IMG/VR virus record: IMGVR_UViG_3300018427_001866
Length of the DNA stretch: 19,290 bases
Strand: one strand, 5' to 3'
Source of the DNA: a virus
This document shows positions 17,803 to 19,290 of this stretch, piece after piece (position 1 is the stretch's first letter; each line of letters begins with the position of its first letter). A program made the position numbers and the translations under genes. The notes under the pieces were generated by a model. It was not told the DNA's origin. It searched no databases and saw only the letters and a program-made list of their open reading frames with translations.

Positions 17803-17852
17803 AACTCTACTATTAGTAGATAAGAAGAATTATGAAACTCTACTAATAGTAA
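17803..17852. promoter_or_regulatory. Tandem operator candidate: two near-identical palindromes 33 bp apart
   Basis: CTACTATTAGTAG (17807-17819) perfect odd palindrome and CTACTAATAGTAA (17840-17852); extended direct repeat AACTCTACTAwTAGTA. Confidence 0.6.
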
Positions 17853-17853
17853 G

Positions 17854-17882
17854 TTCATTATATGAAATCTTTTAATTATAAT
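17854..17882 (+). promoter_or_regulatory. Possible promoter for the XRE gene at 17912
   Basis: Weak -35 TTCATT (17854-17859), 17-nt spacer, -10 TATAAT (17877-17882), directly downstream of the second operator half. Confidence 0.35.
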
Positions 17883-17911
17883 AATTACAAATAATTAAAA
17901 GGAGGAAAAAT

Positions 17912-18673
17912 ATGGATCAAGAAAGAATAGGAAGTTTTATTGCAGAGTGCAGAAGAAATAAAAAACTTACTCAGTTGCAATTAGCAGAAAAATTAGGTAT
18001 TACTGATAAGGCTGTATCAAAATGGGAGACAGGAAAAGGATTACCAGATGCTTCAATTATGATTGATTTGTGTGATGAACTAGACATTAGTGTGAACGAA
18101 TTATTAAGTGGAGAAAAATTAACACAAGATAATTACCAAGAGAAAGCAAATGAAAATATTGTAAGTATGGTAAAAGTTGCAGATAAGAATAGAAAATCAA
18201 AGAATAAAATAATTTTAATATTTCTTATTTTAATATTATTATTTTTAACTTGTAAAGTTTTATTTGGAGTTTATCAAAATATTGAAACAAATGTTGATTA
18301 TGATGAAAGAATAATGAAATGTGAAATTATAGATGACACTATAATATATGAGATTAATGGATTGAGTGTTGTTAGTGCAGACTATGAACAAATCAATACA
18401 GAAACAGAAACTTTAATTTTCTTTACTAATAAAATTCTTTTACAAAATAAAATTCGTAGTCATTGGGAGAGCTGGGATAGTTTTGCACAATTAAGTAATG
18501 GAGAAGATGTAAAATTTAAAGCAAGATTTACTATAGATATAAAAGACATACTAGATTGTAAAGAAAAAATAAAGGTATATTATACAGATGTGTCATTAAA
18601 TAAAATTAAAAAATTAAATCAAGATGAATTACAAGAAATATTACAAAAATCAAAATTACTAGTAGAACAATAA
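17912..18673 (+). CDS. XRE-family HTH regulator with transmembrane segment and extracytoplasmic C-terminal domain
   Basis: IGSFIAECRRNKKLTQLQLAEKLGITDKAVSKWETGKGLPDASIMIDLCDELDISVNELLSGE, then KIILIFLILILLFLTCKVLFGVY; SD AAAAGGAGG upstream. Confidence 0.85.
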   Translation: MDQERIGSFIAECRRNKKLTQLQLAEKLGITDKAVSKWETGKGLPDASIMIDLCDELDISVNELLSGEKLTQDNYQEKANENIVSMVKVADKNRKSKNKIILIFLILILLFLTCKVLFGVYQNIETNVDYDERIMKCEIIDDTIIYEINGLSVVSADYEQINTETETLIFFTNKILLQNKIRSHWESWDSFAQLSNGEDVKFKARFTIDIKDILDCKEKIKVYYTDVSLNKIKKLNQDELQEILQKSKLLVEQ

Positions 18674-18781
18674 ATTACAAATTTTATAGAAAATTATTTA
18701 AATGCAACCAAAAGTTGACAAATAGTTGGTAGAATGTAATCAATAATTTTTATATAATTATCACAAAAGGGGGTAGTTATT

Positions 18782-19290
18782 ATGACTATTGGAAATCGTA
18801 TTAGAACATTAAGAAAACAATTAAATTATTCACAAGAATATGTTGCAGAACAATTAGATGTATCTCGACAAGCTGTATCAAAATGGGAAAAGGATTTATC
18901 TAGTCCAGACACAGATAATATCATTCAACTTGCAAAATTATTAAATTCTACTGTTGAATATATTGCTTCTGGAAAGAAAGAATCTTTTGATGATAATTAT
19001 ACTAAAAATTCAAAAAATAAATTATCAAAAAAACATAAAAAGATTATTATTCTATCAATTATTATTTTATTATTTTTAACTATAATTTTTGGTGTAGTTT
19101 GGTATATTCATACTAGACCTGTTGATTGGGATTCTGGTGCTTGTAGTGGGGGATATGTTACTTGGATTTTTGATAAATATAATAAGGAATTAACACAATC
19201 TTTTTTGAATGGTATGGGAGAAGAAAAGGAAAAGATTATTTCCATTGAAGCAATACGAGGAAGTCAAAATGCAGAGTGGGAAGATAGACA
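18782..19290 (+). CDS. Second membrane-anchored XRE-family regulator (3' truncated by window end, absent from the ORF track)
   Basis: ATG at 18782: MTIGNRIRTLRKQLNYSQEYVAEQLDVSRQAVSKWEKDLSSPDTDNIIQLAKLLNSTVEYIASGKK...KKIIILSIIILLFLTIIFGVVWYIHTRPVDWDSGACSGGYVTW...; open to the window edge; purine-rich SD AAAGGGGG. Confidence 0.85.
   Translation, partial: MTIGNRIRTLRKQLNYSQEYVAEQLDVSRQAVSKWEKDLSSPDTDNIIQLAKLLNSTVEYIASGKKESFDDNYTKNSKNKLSKKHKKIIILSIIILLFLTIIFGVVWYIHTRPVDWDSGACSGGYVTWIFDKYNKELTQSFLNGMGEEKEKIISIEAIRGSQNAEWEDR

Noticed and set aside
18707-18758. Promoter for the second XRE gene from TTGACA (18715) and TATAAT (18753)
   Set aside because: Spacing of these boxes is far from 17 bp and alternative -10 boxes are also badly spaced, so no confident promoter was called.

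Overview
Low-GC (Clostridia/Firmicutes-like) accessory region, with almost all genes on the + strand. It begins at the 3' end of lysS and continues into what looks like the maintenance/replication part of an integrative-conjugative-type element. In order: nucleotidyltransferase-fold protein, small unknown protein, ParA, ParB, a secreted Cys-containing protein, a giant thioester-domain/CnaB-repeat surface adhesin, a small protein, a very large polyvalent DNA methyltransferase-SNF2 helicase protein, a small coiled protein, and two membrane-anchored XRE regulators. No integrase, relaxase, T4SS, CRISPR, tRNA or rRNA is visible. The most notable observation is that the only two in-frame CGG codons I could find both sit at apparent +1 frameshifts. 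One is in the adhesin (...TPKT|C|GGA..., C at 9203), exactly at the Gly of the sortase motif. The other is in the methyltransferase-helicase (...EPSC|C|GGA..., C at 12629), exactly at the first Gly of the SAM-binding motif. Skipping that one C restores full-length products in both cases. This could be programmed or CGG-triggered +1 frameshifting, two independent mutations, or an assembly artefact, and it needs checking. Other leads: a TnpV-family gene (10440..10790) encoded in a second frame inside the helicase ORF with its own ribosome-binding site; a perfect 12-mer AATCGCACATTT upstream of three genes; intrinsic terminators abutting the Shine-Dalgarno (SD) sequences of four genes; and a tandem palindromic operator pair before the first XRE gene.
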